A stretch of 35,065 nt of DNA, taken from NCBI RefSeq assembly GCF_001194135.2, contig NC_068982.1, positions 5,663,974-5,699,038 of the forward strand, in the 5' to 3' direction. This stretch comes from Octopus bimaculoides. Its lineage: Eukaryota. Below the pieces are notes generated by a model. It worked only from the letters and a program-made list of their open reading frames with translations, was not told the DNA's origin and searched no databases. Both the position numbers and the translations under genes were made by a program. Positions 22,421 through 33,625 of this stretch are shown here, piece after piece (positions within the stretch are counted from its first letter, which is position 1; each line of letters starts with the position of its first letter).

Positions 22421-24066
22421 TGAGGCCATACATATAAGGCCAATGAATTCGTAAAATTAATGCAGTGATACACAATGGAATCTTCCTTCTGCTTTCCGTG
22501 TTTAGATTCCATCGAGATTCACTTTATAGCAAAATGTCCTCGATTCAATATAATAGCCGTGATACTTATATTTCAGTACTACATAGCTGGTAAAGAAAAG
22601 AAAAAAATATATATATTTAGCCTTGTACGTGTTTATAAGAAAATAATAATGTTTAAAAAAGCACAAACATAGGATGGAACTCAATAATTAATGACGATGA
22701 AAATATATTTTATTAAGCTTCTATGCTTAGAACTGGGGTGAGTTGTTTATTTGACCAAAACAACGTAAGTATGCAATCGCAATGAAAAACAGCAGGTCTG
22801 TGCGTTGGTTCTGTGTCCAACTCATACAGTGTGACGTCACTTTTCCAAAGAAGGAACAGTTGATAGGCTTGGTTATGAATCTGTATTCCGAATCACATAT
22901 AATGTGTCAGGATTTGTAATCATCAAAATATTTAGTTAAGGAATGTAGGAATAAACGAATAAAAATTGAGTAGTTTGTAATTTCTTCATTGCGAATAAGA
23001 AACCGACACACCATAAATTACAAAAACTACATTGTGGAGTTAAAACTTTTGCAAACCCAGTCCGTGACCCGATTTTCACGCTCAGTTGAAAATACCTTCA
23101 TTTGCTGGTTTTCTCTCCTCTGCGTTCTCAACCTCGAACAACAAATTGATATTACCGATACTATATAACCTACCACAGCACTTTTTTTTTCTTTTTAATA
23201 ATCATGGCCAATGTATCAAAAGACTAGGTTAAGGGTTTTATGCATTTTTTTTTTGTATTTCTTTCTTTGCTAAAAAAGAAAAATCCAGTTTAATCGTTTT
23301 GTTTTGAATAGATCAGCCAGTAATTGGAACTATTTCGTGACTTTCGAAATTCTTTCCATATTTGCCTGAATATCAAAGGTTACCTCTAAATAAACATCAA
23401 CATGCTATCTCCAGTTATTTATTTTATACTATTATTCTGTTTCTTTGTCCCCGTTTTTGCTCGCATTTCATTTATGCTGAAAGGAATTACGTCTGTCTTT
23501 GACAACCAACGGCAATTAAACTCTAATACAATATTATGTGTTTTCTTTTTAAAATAGGAATGTTTCATGATGTCAAACTAGTCTGTGGGCCAAATATTCT
23601 CTGCATGAATTTGAATGTCAATAATCTTCGAATACAGTGGTAAGCGCTAAAAGAGCACAGAGCAACATCGGATGAATCAATGAAATTGTCAAGGTTCTCT
23701 TCCCGGGTGAAGATATTTCACTTAACTTATAACACTAACGTATTTCCAAAAAGAATGACTGTCACAGCTTCTTATCACCTTTTTAAAAAAATACAGGCTT
23801 TTGTACACATTCAAAAGATGCTGAAATATATTATTATTACCTGTGGTGTGATGTAATTTATTGAAACATTATGAATATGGGTGAGCGCTACTTATGATGT
23901 AGGAACACACCGCCATTGCGTAATATAGTTATTTACAATCAGATATGACTGTTTTTCCAGGTTGTATGTACATCAAGTGAAAGAAGCCAACAAATTAACC
24001 TGTTTCTGTTTTGCTTCCAACGACAGTCGTGAAGCATTCCGTTTTTGTAATATTCATTTACAATAC

Positions 24067-24245
24067 GAAGCGGCGAGCTGGCAGAATTGTTACCGCGCCG
24101 GGTAAAATACCACTGAGGTCGACATTGCCTTTCAGCCTTTTATGGTCGATAAAATAAGTACCGATTGAGTAGTGGGGCAGATGTAATCGACTTACCCACT
24201 CCTCCGAAATTGCTGGCCTTGTGCCAAAACCTGAGACCAATATTC
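24067..24245 (+). mobile_element. SINE family A (internally deleted) with non-Tx1 tail
   Basis: GCGGCGAGCTGGCAGAAT head, GAGGTCGACATTGCCTTTCA core, tail CCGAAATTGCTGGCCTTGTGCCAAAA (also on - at 26410-26460). Confidence 0.85.
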
Positions 24246-24334
24246 ATTAACAGTTAGAAAGACTGAGTCAAGGCGGCCAATTGCCAGAGTCGTTAAAATG
24301 TTGACCAGAATGTCTTGCAGTATTTAATCTGGGT

Positions 24335-24344
24335 TCTGCTGCTG

Positions 24345-24406
<62 letters not shown>
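24335..24406. repeat. (CTG)n(CTA)n microsatellite
   Basis: Direct reading. Confidence 0.95.
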
Positions 24407-24407
<1 letters not shown>

Positions 24408-24745
24408 AGCAGGCAGCATTACAATAACAAACACTGTAGCAAACTCTTTTGTCGGTAACATTATCGTCATAACTAGATTTGTCTCTGGTCTGATTATGAT
24501 GGCGGATATCCAATCATCGCTGCATTCGAATTATCACTTTATTATCACTTTGCGCTTCCAATTTTCCTGGGTTGGTCAATAAAGTATAAGTCAAGTATTG
24601 AGGAGATGATGATTCTGTTTCTCTTTTGGAATTAGATTTCTTGTACTTTCTGAAAGGTCGTAGAAAGAGCGCCAGTAACGTTAATTTCATCAGAAACTGA
24701 TAACAATTATACGAGGTGCTAGCAATTTCTTCTTATCGTAAGAAA

Positions 24746-24880
24746 GCGTGGCTGTGTGGTAAGAAGCTTGCTTCCCAACCGTGTGGCACCTTGGACAAGT
24801 GGCTTCTGCTATAGCCACGGGCCGACCAAAGCCTTGTGAATGGATTTGGTAAACAGAAACTGAAAGAATCCCGTCGTATT
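24746..24880 (+). mobile_element. SINE family B, internally deleted
   Basis: GTGGCTGTGTGGTAAGAAGCTTGCTTCCCAACC...GGCCGACCAAAGCCTTGTGAATGGATTTGGTA. Confidence 0.85.
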
Positions 24881-25407
24881 TCTCTTGTCAAAGAAAATAT
24901 TTCTCCAGCGTTCGCTATTTTACTTTCGTCTGGTTTAACAACCCTCCATATTTGTTTTTGTTCGGTTTCCTTCTATCTGCCCTGCTTTTGTTCCCAACTT
25001 TGACCCTCTATAAATCCCAAATTGTATTTTGGCTTTTGTGGGAGCAACTGCCTTCCAAGACTCATATTGTCGTTCAATGCTCGAAATGAGGAGTAGATGG
25101 ATAGCCGACAACTGATGAAGGGTTGTTCTTTATGTTACTTGTCCTGTTTTCTATTTGTTTCTCTCGTTGTTTGCGTATTGAACTCATTTATTTTCGTATT
25201 TCATGTTGTTTACGGTTTGTAACGTCCTGTATCCATATATGCATATATATATATGTGTGTGTGCGTATGTGTGCGTGCGCGTGTGTGTATGTGTATATAT
25301 ATGTGTGTATATATATATATATATACTTTTGTTATTTACACCACCTGTCCTCGTCTGTTGTTATTATTTGTATATTCTCCCATATATATATATATATATA
25401 TATATAT

Positions 25408-25555
25408 AAGACGGGCTTCTTTCAGTTTCCGTCTACCAAATCCACTCACAAAGCTTTGGTCGGCCCGAGGCTATAGTAGAAGACACTTGCCCACAGTGCC
25501 ACGCGGTGGGACTGAACCCGGAACCATGTGGTTGGTAAGCAAGCTACTCCTGCAC
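25408..25555 (-). mobile_element. SINE family B 5' half
   Basis: Reverse complement of the 2145-2310 pattern. Confidence 0.88.
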
Positions 25556-25639
25556 CTGTATATCTAAAAAACAAATTATTTTTATAATTTGTATATATTC
25601 ATTTTATCATAAAAATGCAAAACAACACCACAAATAATA

Positions 25640-25680
25640 AACCGCGAGAGGTGAACCGCGATATGGCGAGGTATTACTGT
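25640..25680. mobile_element. Possible Tc1/pogo-type MITE terminal inverted repeat (single end)
   Basis: CCGCGAGAGGTGAACCGCGATATGGCGAGGTATTACTGT resembles pogo/Tigger-type TIRs ending CTGTA. No partner end was seen. Confidence 0.4.
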
Positions 25681-26529
25681 CCTGTGATGGTGTGGACCAC
25701 AATTTGTAGCTTGACATAAAGATTAACTGCAAAACATTATTTTATGCATGTTACTCGTAAAGTAGCCAATTCAATAGTAAATAGAGTTTTCTGAAATGGC
25801 CTACTTTACTGGGGTCCGCACGTTGATCAATAAAGCTCCCTGAGTGTGAAAAAAAGAAAAAAAAAAAAAGAAATGATATATAGCTAGAGAAAACATGACC
25901 CTGCTCTAAGTTCACCTGTTATTCATTCGGTTGCCACCGCATGAGCCGTAACTGCACGAAGAATTCATATATCCTTTTCAAATAAACACTCTTGTTATTA
26001 CAAAAAGAGAGAAAAGATAACGGTATATTAAATTGCACAGCGTCCTAAAAAGAAACAAAATAAAAGGGAAACATTGGTCTTGTAATGTTTAGTAGTAGTA
26101 GTAGTTGAGGTGGTGGTGGTGGTGGTGGTCGTCGTCGTCGTCGTCGTCGTAATTGTTGCTAAGGAGGGAAAAAAGGAAGGGGTAGATGGAAAATTATAAT
26201 CCTGGCCTAGTTTTGTTTCTATCCGATTTCAAGGAAAAGCTGCGTTAGGTTTTAATGAAAATTTAATATTTCAAATATGGATTTATCGCATTTTAATGTC
26301 ATAAATATTTCTTATAACAAAAGCTGAAAATAGGACAAATTAAAAATTCATTTAAAATATATTTCTTGTTCGTAGACGTAATGGTTTCTGACAAATATAA
26401 TATATATTGATTTCAAATTATGGCACAAGGCCAGCAATTTCGGGGAGTGGAAAAGTCGAGTATTTAAATAAGCCAGTAGTGGTTGTCAAGCATTAGTGGA
26501 GACAAACAGGGTCACAGACACACACAAGT

Positions 26530-26532
26530 AGT

Positions 26533-26563
<31 letters not shown>

Positions 26564-26589
26564 AGAGATAAAAAAAAGAGAGAGAGAGA

Positions 26590-26631
<42 letters not shown>

Positions 26632-26747
26632 GAGAGAGAGAGAGATAGAGAGATAGAGGTAGGTGGGTGGGTAGATAAATAGATAGATAGATAAATAGAT
26701 AGATACATAGTTGGGTAGGTAGGTAGGTTGGCAGGTAAATAGATAGA
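26530..26747. repeat. (TA)n/(GA)n/(GATA)n/(GGTA)n compound microsatellite
   Basis: Direct reading. Confidence 0.9.
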
Positions 26748-27728
26748 TATGTTTCTTTATTGGCCACACAGGGCTGAACATAGAGGGGACAAGTTACAAA
26801 GTAGAGCTTTTCTCTTTGGGGAAGAGAAGGAAGGAAAAAAGGGGGTAGATTTTCGATCAAAAGGGATCGTAAGAATAATTTTTAAAAAACGATCAGTAGG
26901 GATCGTGTATCACAGAAATGTCATGATGTAAAGTGTAAAGGGGGAAACAGATTAGGTTTATCCGTGGGAAGAAAAGCCTACGGAAAAGACCACGGTAACC
27001 TTGGTCAATAATGTCATGCAGAAAAGCACATTATAGTAAGTGACTCTCTTTTTACCTTTCTTTTTTTTCTGGTTCATAGGGTTATACTCAAGGTGGCTCC
27101 GTCATTCACACGTGCCATCCTTGCTACATTCACCCATCTTTTCTTGAAGCATTCAGTAGACAGAACTTCCCTCTCTACTCTTACCTTCCTCTTCAAGTGA
27201 TACTTGAAGAAGTTGATGAGAGATTCACCAGAGAGGAAAGTGTTTGTCTCTAGACCTTTCAGACGCGTTCACCATACACATTCTTTCGCCATAGCCGCAA
27301 GTACGATGAAAATAGCTCTGTTCTCCCGTTTCAAGGAAGTAGGTGCGACAATATTCACGATAGACTCGGCTGATAAACTGACTCGTCCCACACGCGATAG
27401 CAGTCGTTTGACAAAAGCCCAAAGGTCGGAAATGGTTGGACACTGTGCGAATGCGTGCAGAACGGTTTCGTCGCTCTGCCTGCACCTCGGGCAGGTCGGC
27501 CCCGTGTCTTTCGAGCCAGCTGTAGAGCTTATTCGGAACGGGTAGTACTTCCCGATAGCACTGCCAGGCCAGGGATCTCTGGAAGTTGTCCATAGGTCCC
27601 GGCCCGAAAGTCGTCTTGAACAGACGGGTCAGGTATTCCTCGTCGACGCCCAGGTTCGCCCCAAGATCGTCGTGTGCCTCTCCTCTACTAATCCCCTATA
27701 GAATGATTTAGTTGTGTTGCAGTCGCTC
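26748..27728 (-). mobile_element. 5'-truncated L1/Tx1-clade LINE copy (ORF2 C-terminus and complete 3' UTR)
   Basis: MDNFQRSLAWQCYREVLPV.., TCPRC..ETVLHAFAQC, FFKYHLKRKVRVEREVLS. Ends TTGTCCCCTCTATGTTCAGCCCTGTGTGGCCAATAAAGAAA. Confidence 0.88.
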
Positions 27729-27850
27729 AGGTAGGTAGGTAGGTAGGTAGGTAGGTAGGTAGGTAGGTAGGTAGGTAGGTGGGTAGGTAGGTAGGTAGGT
27801 GGGTAGGTAGGTAGGTACGTAGGTAGGCACGTAGGTAGGTAGGTAGGTAG
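27729..27850. repeat. (GGTA)n microsatellite
   Basis: Direct reading. Confidence 0.95.
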
Positions 27851-27934
27851 ACAGATATTCTTTTCATGGGACAAGCAACATAAATAGAAATCTGTATTCA
27901 CGAGCAAGTGCGTGTGGGCTTGTGCGAATGTGTT

Positions 27935-28160
27935 ATTTCTTTACTACCCACAAGGGGCTACACACAGAGGGGTCAAACAAAGACAGACAAACGGATTAAG
28001 TCGATTATATCGACCCCAGTGCGTAACTGGTACTTATTTAATCGACCCCGAAAGGCAAAGTCGACCTCGGCGGAATTTGAACTCAGAACGTAGCGGCAGA
28101 CGAAATACCGCTAAGCATTTCGCCCGGCATGCTAACGATTCTGGCAGCTCGCCGCCTTGT
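27935..28160 (-). mobile_element. SINE family A, full length, with Tx1-like 3' tail
   Basis: Head GGCGGCGAGCTGCCAGAATCGTTAGCA, B-box-like GAGTTCAAATTC, core GAGGTCGACTTTGCCTTT, tail GTTTGTCTGTCTTTGTTTGACCCCTCT...GTAAAGAAAT. Confidence 0.88.
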
Positions 28161-28186
28161 GCGAATGTGTGCATGTGCTTGTGTTT

Positions 28187-28219
<33 letters not shown>

Positions 28220-28369
28220 CAAGAAATCGATATATGTCACACAAGGACTGAAACCTTCACGAGTTGCAAACTCTGGTAAGTACGAGGCACGAAACTCTCA
28301 GCCGTTTCTCCTCTCGTGTATCGTTTCCCACTCAGACACGCATACACCCCACCCACATTTATCTATATA

Positions 28370-28600
28370 TGTATGTATGGATGGATGGATGGATGGATGG
28401 ATGGATGGATGGGTGGATGGATGGTTGGATGTATGGATGTGTGTATGTGTATGTGTGTATGCATGTTTGGATGGCTGTATGTATGTATGTATGTATGTAT
28501 GTATGTATGTAGGTATGTATGTATGGATAGATGTATGCATGTGTATATGTATATGTATATATGTATAAGTATGTATGTATGTATGCTTATGCATGTGTGT
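28370..28600. repeat. (GGAT)n/(GTAT)n compound microsatellite
   Basis: Direct reading. Confidence 0.93.
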
Positions 28601-30039
28601 ATATAGTAGGTAGATAAATATGTATGTGTTTGTGTGTGGAGAGGGTAATATTTAAAACCCACATCGGTGCTAAAATTTTATTTCCTTTTGCGAAGAACCC
28701 CTTATTTCCTTATTAGCACTTTATGTTTAGTCTACGACAATAATGTTACCAAGTCCATCAACATTTCTTAAACCTTCTCAATCTTATTTTACACGCGAAG
28801 AAAGAGGTCTTCAATGGCGTTTTGTTTTTACTCGCCATAGTTATCACAGATGCTAACCTTGTGTTCAAAATGCTGACATTTAATGTTGCTTTTAACTGTT
28901 AGTATTTATTTTATTTTACTACGAGGGTGCTAAAAATCTGTTACTATTGCATATATTTTGCTATAATGCTTTTACTAAAACTTCCATCACGAAGCTAATT
29001 ATTTTCTCCCTTGAGAAATTCTTTGTAAAATGGTTGAGTTAGTAGCTAATGTTTTCCCGTTTGGTTTTATGTTGTGTTCTGTAGTGTAATATGCTGTGAT
29101 GTTTGAAATGTATGGTCCTTCGGCAAGAAAGTGTCGTACTTCTGTGTCTCAGAGAATAGCCGGAGTTATGCAGTTCACAACATCTGAATCTGCATCGAAA
29201 TGTGAATGTCTTATTATTGTTTGAAGTATGTCTTTAATAACTTGTAGTATTGCGTTGAGATAAAGAGGAACTTTTTATTTTCCAGACAAGACATACAAGA
29301 GTAAGAAGGAAATACGAAAACCCTTAGGACTCGAGTACATTTGTGCTTACAATATAAAATATTTAAAAGATATCCTCATACACACACACACACACGCACA
29401 CACACACACATGCAGATACAAACACGCATGCACTCGCACGCCCACACATATTTATATACATATATATGGCAAATGAAAGACGGAAGATGGAATATACGAG
29501 AATTTATTATCAATCACGACAATTGTTTCGACGCACCTAGCATCGATTCCTCACGGGTGGGACACTCAACAACTGGTTCAGGAGCATCGGTGATGCCGAT
29601 GTGTATCTCATCGAGTGATAAATAGATACAACTCGTTCTGCAATGTAACTTTTCATTTTGCAAGAAAGAAAAGCAGCCAGACGGAGGAAATATCTTCATT
29701 TATATAGAAGATTGAAAATAAAATCACAGATGGAAAAAAGAGAAACGAACATGCAATGCAATCTTGCGAGAAAAGTATTAAAAATAACCGTTAACAGATA
29801 TGGATGAATAAACGCCCTCGGGCAAGCTGCATGGCGTGAGTACACTCACTCATACAAGCATCCGAAAAAATGTGAGCATACGCACACGTGAGGTTTGGTG
29901 CGTTCATGATCACAAAGTGTGTTAGTTATCTACTTGGTGTTTATAAGAATGGGGAGGTTAAAAGTAAACTTAACTCATCCATACCTTAAAGTAAATTATG
30001 TTAACAGTTACTCAAAATTCATTCCCACTGCATTGTGCG

Positions 30040-30435
30040 AAAGTATATTTATATGCGTGTAGGCATCTCGAGAGTCTTTCAGAAATTCTATTAATGATTT
30101 TCTCCTTAGTCCACAGAACAGACAGAGATTCCTCGGAGCAGAGACGGAATCTCTTGGAAATTATATTATATGGTTTCGCATGCCTTACTATGAACCAAGT
30201 TACGCTGCACTTCATTTTATCCTCCTTCAGCCAAAGATGTTGAATGTCTCTTATTGATTGTCTTAAAGTTAGCAACATAGTTACAATTACGATTCTTCTA
30301 AGAATCATCCGTCTGCCCAGTGTAAACATACGGCCTTCCCCTTGTGTGCACGGTACATTTATATACAAGGTTTGTACTCATACAGAAGTTCATCAATGGG
30401 CATTCTGATTTTTCTCTGCATGAGCATTTATCGTA
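30040..30435 (-). mobile_element. Penelope-like element GIY-YIG endonuclease fragment (decayed)
   Basis: CSCREKSECPL...NLVYKC...YVYTGQT (Cys cluster + GIY-YIG variant), then LWLKE...WFIVRHAKPYN..KRFRLCSEE...RCLH, the typical PLE endonuclease C-terminus. Confidence 0.88.
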
Positions 30436-31629
30436 TTTATTTGTATATAAGGCAGTTACGACTCCGTTTACCAATATTGTTACCGCTTTAGCTGTACCAT
30501 AAGTATTTCTACTATTACAATTTGGCAATAATTGGTGTTTTTCCTTGCGGTTTACATTTCCTTTGTTAGTATTTAGATGCGTATGTATGTGTGTAAGATA
30601 CACAAAACGAGAGCATAGAGTCTTAAAGTATTTATAGCGACTTTACAAGTGTTTCAATGACATTTACACGATGATTGATATTAACCATATGCAATCATCA
30701 GATGTTCTAGAGAGTGTGTGCGTGTGTGTGTGTGAGTGTGTGTGTGTGTGTTAGTATTTATGAGTGTGTTTGTGTGTGTGTGAGTGTGTGTGTATATGTG
30801 TGTGCGCCTGCGTGCATGTGTATACACATATAGTGAATGTTTGGCAGAGTTATGCTGTTTCTGAAAAAGCTTCAAATTTTGGGGAATTGTTTCGACTTTG
30901 CTGCTGTGCTGCAAATATTCTTTGACAATTACATTCATTCAAGATTCGTAATAGTGCAATGATGCCTTAAAATTTTTACATAATCTATGTCTATAATGAA
31001 GCTTTTATTCCTAATCAGTACTATAGCACACTTAATCTTCTGCAAAGAAAGAAAAAAAGAAAAGAAAAATGACCAAATATGTGAGATACCCAATATTTGT
31101 ACAAATTTTGACATGAAATCGAGTCAAGAAATTTATTAACTGCCGCCATGACCTTATCGTCAATGATTGCCGTTGATGAGGTAGAAATAGATGATGCCTC
31201 GTTTACTGATTCAAGGCAATAGAATATAGAGTGGATCAATGTTTTCTATTCCGTTACAGACCTGTATTAAGTACTCGGTTAATTCCACTTGTAGATAAGC
31301 ACTGCAGTTTGACACTGCTATTTCAGTATAAGCGACGAGAGCACCACAATAATATTTGCAGAATGCTTCACTGAACTTATATTTCTCAATGCAGGACCGA
31401 TAACAGGGACCTTTTGCAATATAATACTTTAACGAGATCCTAAAATCAGAAAGATCTCATATATTTGTATCTCATCTTAATTAGAACAATATACTTGAGA
31501 GTCTTGTTCTATTTAAGATATAATTTTAATACATATCAGTGAAATAAACATCAGAGATACATTTCCCCACGCAGAAAGTGTAGGAGTTACTCAGAGCTTT
31601 TGTACGCTCTTCTTAATCTTTTGCAATGA

Positions 31630-31970
31630 TAAAAACCCTTCCGTATCGTCACAGGTATATCAGGCTCACAAGCGTTTCGCCCCCTAGCCTGTACACTTCA
31701 CCTGATTTGGGCTGCGAGGACTGAGCTAGTCTTCACCTACAGAAAAGTTCCACTTCCTGTCTCCTATCAGCCACAGCCATCTTGAGCTAGCTTCAGTTGC
31801 CGTGCTTATTTCCTTGATAGCTTTCTTCAGTTGTCTGGGTTCCAGACCTATCTCCTGCAGGAGGATGGAAAGCCGCAGCAACCGACTTCAATGGGGAATG
31901 AAGCTACATGCCAGTCTTTGATAAGGGCCTCGTCGACTAAGTCCTGATATTTCGATTTCTTTACCTGGTA
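31630..31970 (-). mobile_element. 3' end of an RLE-type (R2-superfamily, HERO-like) non-LTR retrotransposon
   Basis: KKSKYQDLV...W..FPIEVGCCGF / LLQEIG..RQLKKAIKEISTATEASSRWLWL, resembling the PIEVG.RGF restriction-like endonuclease end, followed by a 3' UTR. Confidence 0.8.
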
Positions 31971-32319
31971 TTTGCAAGCAACAAGTTTGGTGCAGCAGTG
32001 TCACGTCACAATTAAATTTTTCTTAAGTATTACTAACTTAAAAGCCGTCCATTAAGGCGGCTTTTAAGCTAGCTCCTGTGGTGGGCTCTTCATTGGGCCT
32101 TGAGCCCAACAATCACACTTCATGCATTGAGTATATATTCAATTTAATTAAACATATTTTTCAAGCAATGAATAATTTTCATCAAAGCAATGATATAATA
32201 TATGGACTTGGAACTTATTGCAAAGCTTCATGATAAACACCATATTTTGTCTTCCCATTCGGGGGTCAGTACAATTTTTTTCTGTCTAACCTCTTTCTTT
32301 CTCTCTCTTTCTGTTGATT

Positions 32320-32600
32320 GTTTTCAACCATCACCATCACCAATACCACCACCATCGCCATCATAACTGCCATACGCACGCCATTCAGACTTCCGACGCC
32401 ACCACCATTAATACCTTTGACTTCGCCGCCTGCCACTCCACTATCATCACCAATGTCTTTCACATCGCTGTCACCGTCATCCCTGACCGCCTCGACCATC
32501 ACCACCACCACTACCACCACCACCACCACCACCATCATCACCGTTGCTTCCGCCTCTATCACAATTACAGCTCATACTATTGCTATCACCCCATGACCAT
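32320..32600. repeat. (CAC/CAT)n degenerate trinucleotide low-complexity tract
   Basis: Direct reading. It explains the His-, Thr- and Val-rich spurious ORFs. Confidence 0.9.
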
Positions 32601-33141
32601 CACATCCGTCAATCTACAACCACCCTAACCGTCTCTATTCCTGCTATTACTCTCACCCCAGCAGGAGGAATAGTAGAAGTGTCATTGAATAGTGAGAGAG
32701 GGAGTCAAAGTGTGACATACTGATACACAGAAATTCGTTTTGACATTTATTATTATAGAAGAGAACAGTGAGGAAGAGCTCACCTTGCTTCCGATAAGTT
32801 TTGAACTCAGCCCTGCAACCCAAAAAGTAACCGTCTGTTATTTAATTTTCTCGCTGCTGACAATGAACTGTAAATACAATGTTTTTGCACTGGGCAGTTG
32901 AGAGTTATTCATGTTTATTACGGAATAACTCTCAACTTTAGCCTAGTTTTTGGGTGTCTCCTCGCCTTCAAAGAATTGTCATTAAAAAATTGGGTTTATC
33001 TCCTCATTAAAAAGTTGACTTTAGGTGGCGACAAGAGATTGGATAAAAAGAGTTAGATCCTTTCAACATATTCCTCAATAGGAATGGTAGGATTTGTTAT
33101 AAAAATATTATCAGATTCAATAAGATGTTTAATTTTTCGAG

Positions 33142-33625
33142 TTTTCATGGTTATTAATAATTTTAGCTTTCGTGTTCATTAATTTTTTTAGTTTTCATGT
33201 TTATTAATTTTTTTGGTTTTCATGTTAATTAATTCTTTTAGTTTTTATGCTCATTAATTTTTTTTAGTTTTCATGTTCATTAATTTTTTTTAGTTTTCAT
33301 GTTAATTTTTTTAGTTTTCATGTTCATTAATTTTTTTAGTTTTCATATTCATTAATTATTTTAGTTGTCATGTTTATTAATTTTTTTTGGTTTTCATGCT
33401 AATTAATTCTTTTAGTTTTTATGCTCATTAATTTTTTTAGTTTTCATGTTCATTAATTTTTTTTAGTTTTCATGTTAATTAATTTTTTTAGTTTTCATGT
33501 TCATTAACTTTTTTAGTTTTCATATTCATTAATTATTTCAGTTGTCATGCCTATTAATGTTTTAGCTTTCATATTCATTAATTTGTTTAGCTTTCATGTT
33601 CATAAATTTGTTTAGTTTTCATGTT
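33142..33625. repeat. AT-rich minisatellite, ~24-26 bp unit TTTTAGTTTTCATGTTCATTAATT, about 19-20 copies
   Basis: Direct reading of the tandem units. Confidence 0.93.

Noticed and set aside
22831-22840. Perfect CRE palindrome GTGACGTCAC
   Set aside because: A single short motif with no promoter context; cannot be called regulatory from sequence alone.
28264-28662. ORFs rich in His/Thr/Val/Cys/Leu/Ser (also at 14675-15016, 25123-25567, 26486-26860, 32266-32628)
   Set aside because: Translations of microsatellites with no coding evidence.
29515-29560. Minus-strand hammerhead-like string (GTGAGGA..GATGC/GCGTC-GAAAC-AATT-GTC)
   Set aside because: C3 is missing, there are three extra bases before stem II, and there is no convincing stem I. 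The better hairpin TCGATGC/GCGTCGA would sequester G12-A13.
31665-31720. Minus-strand CAGGTGAAG...GGCGAAAC in the HERO-like 3' UTR
   Set aside because: Two core mismatches, no stem II and no NUH site.
33142-33625. CRISPR-like or other prokaryotic array interpretation of the tandem repeat
   Set aside because: Units are contiguous with no unique spacers and the context is eukaryotic; it is a minisatellite.
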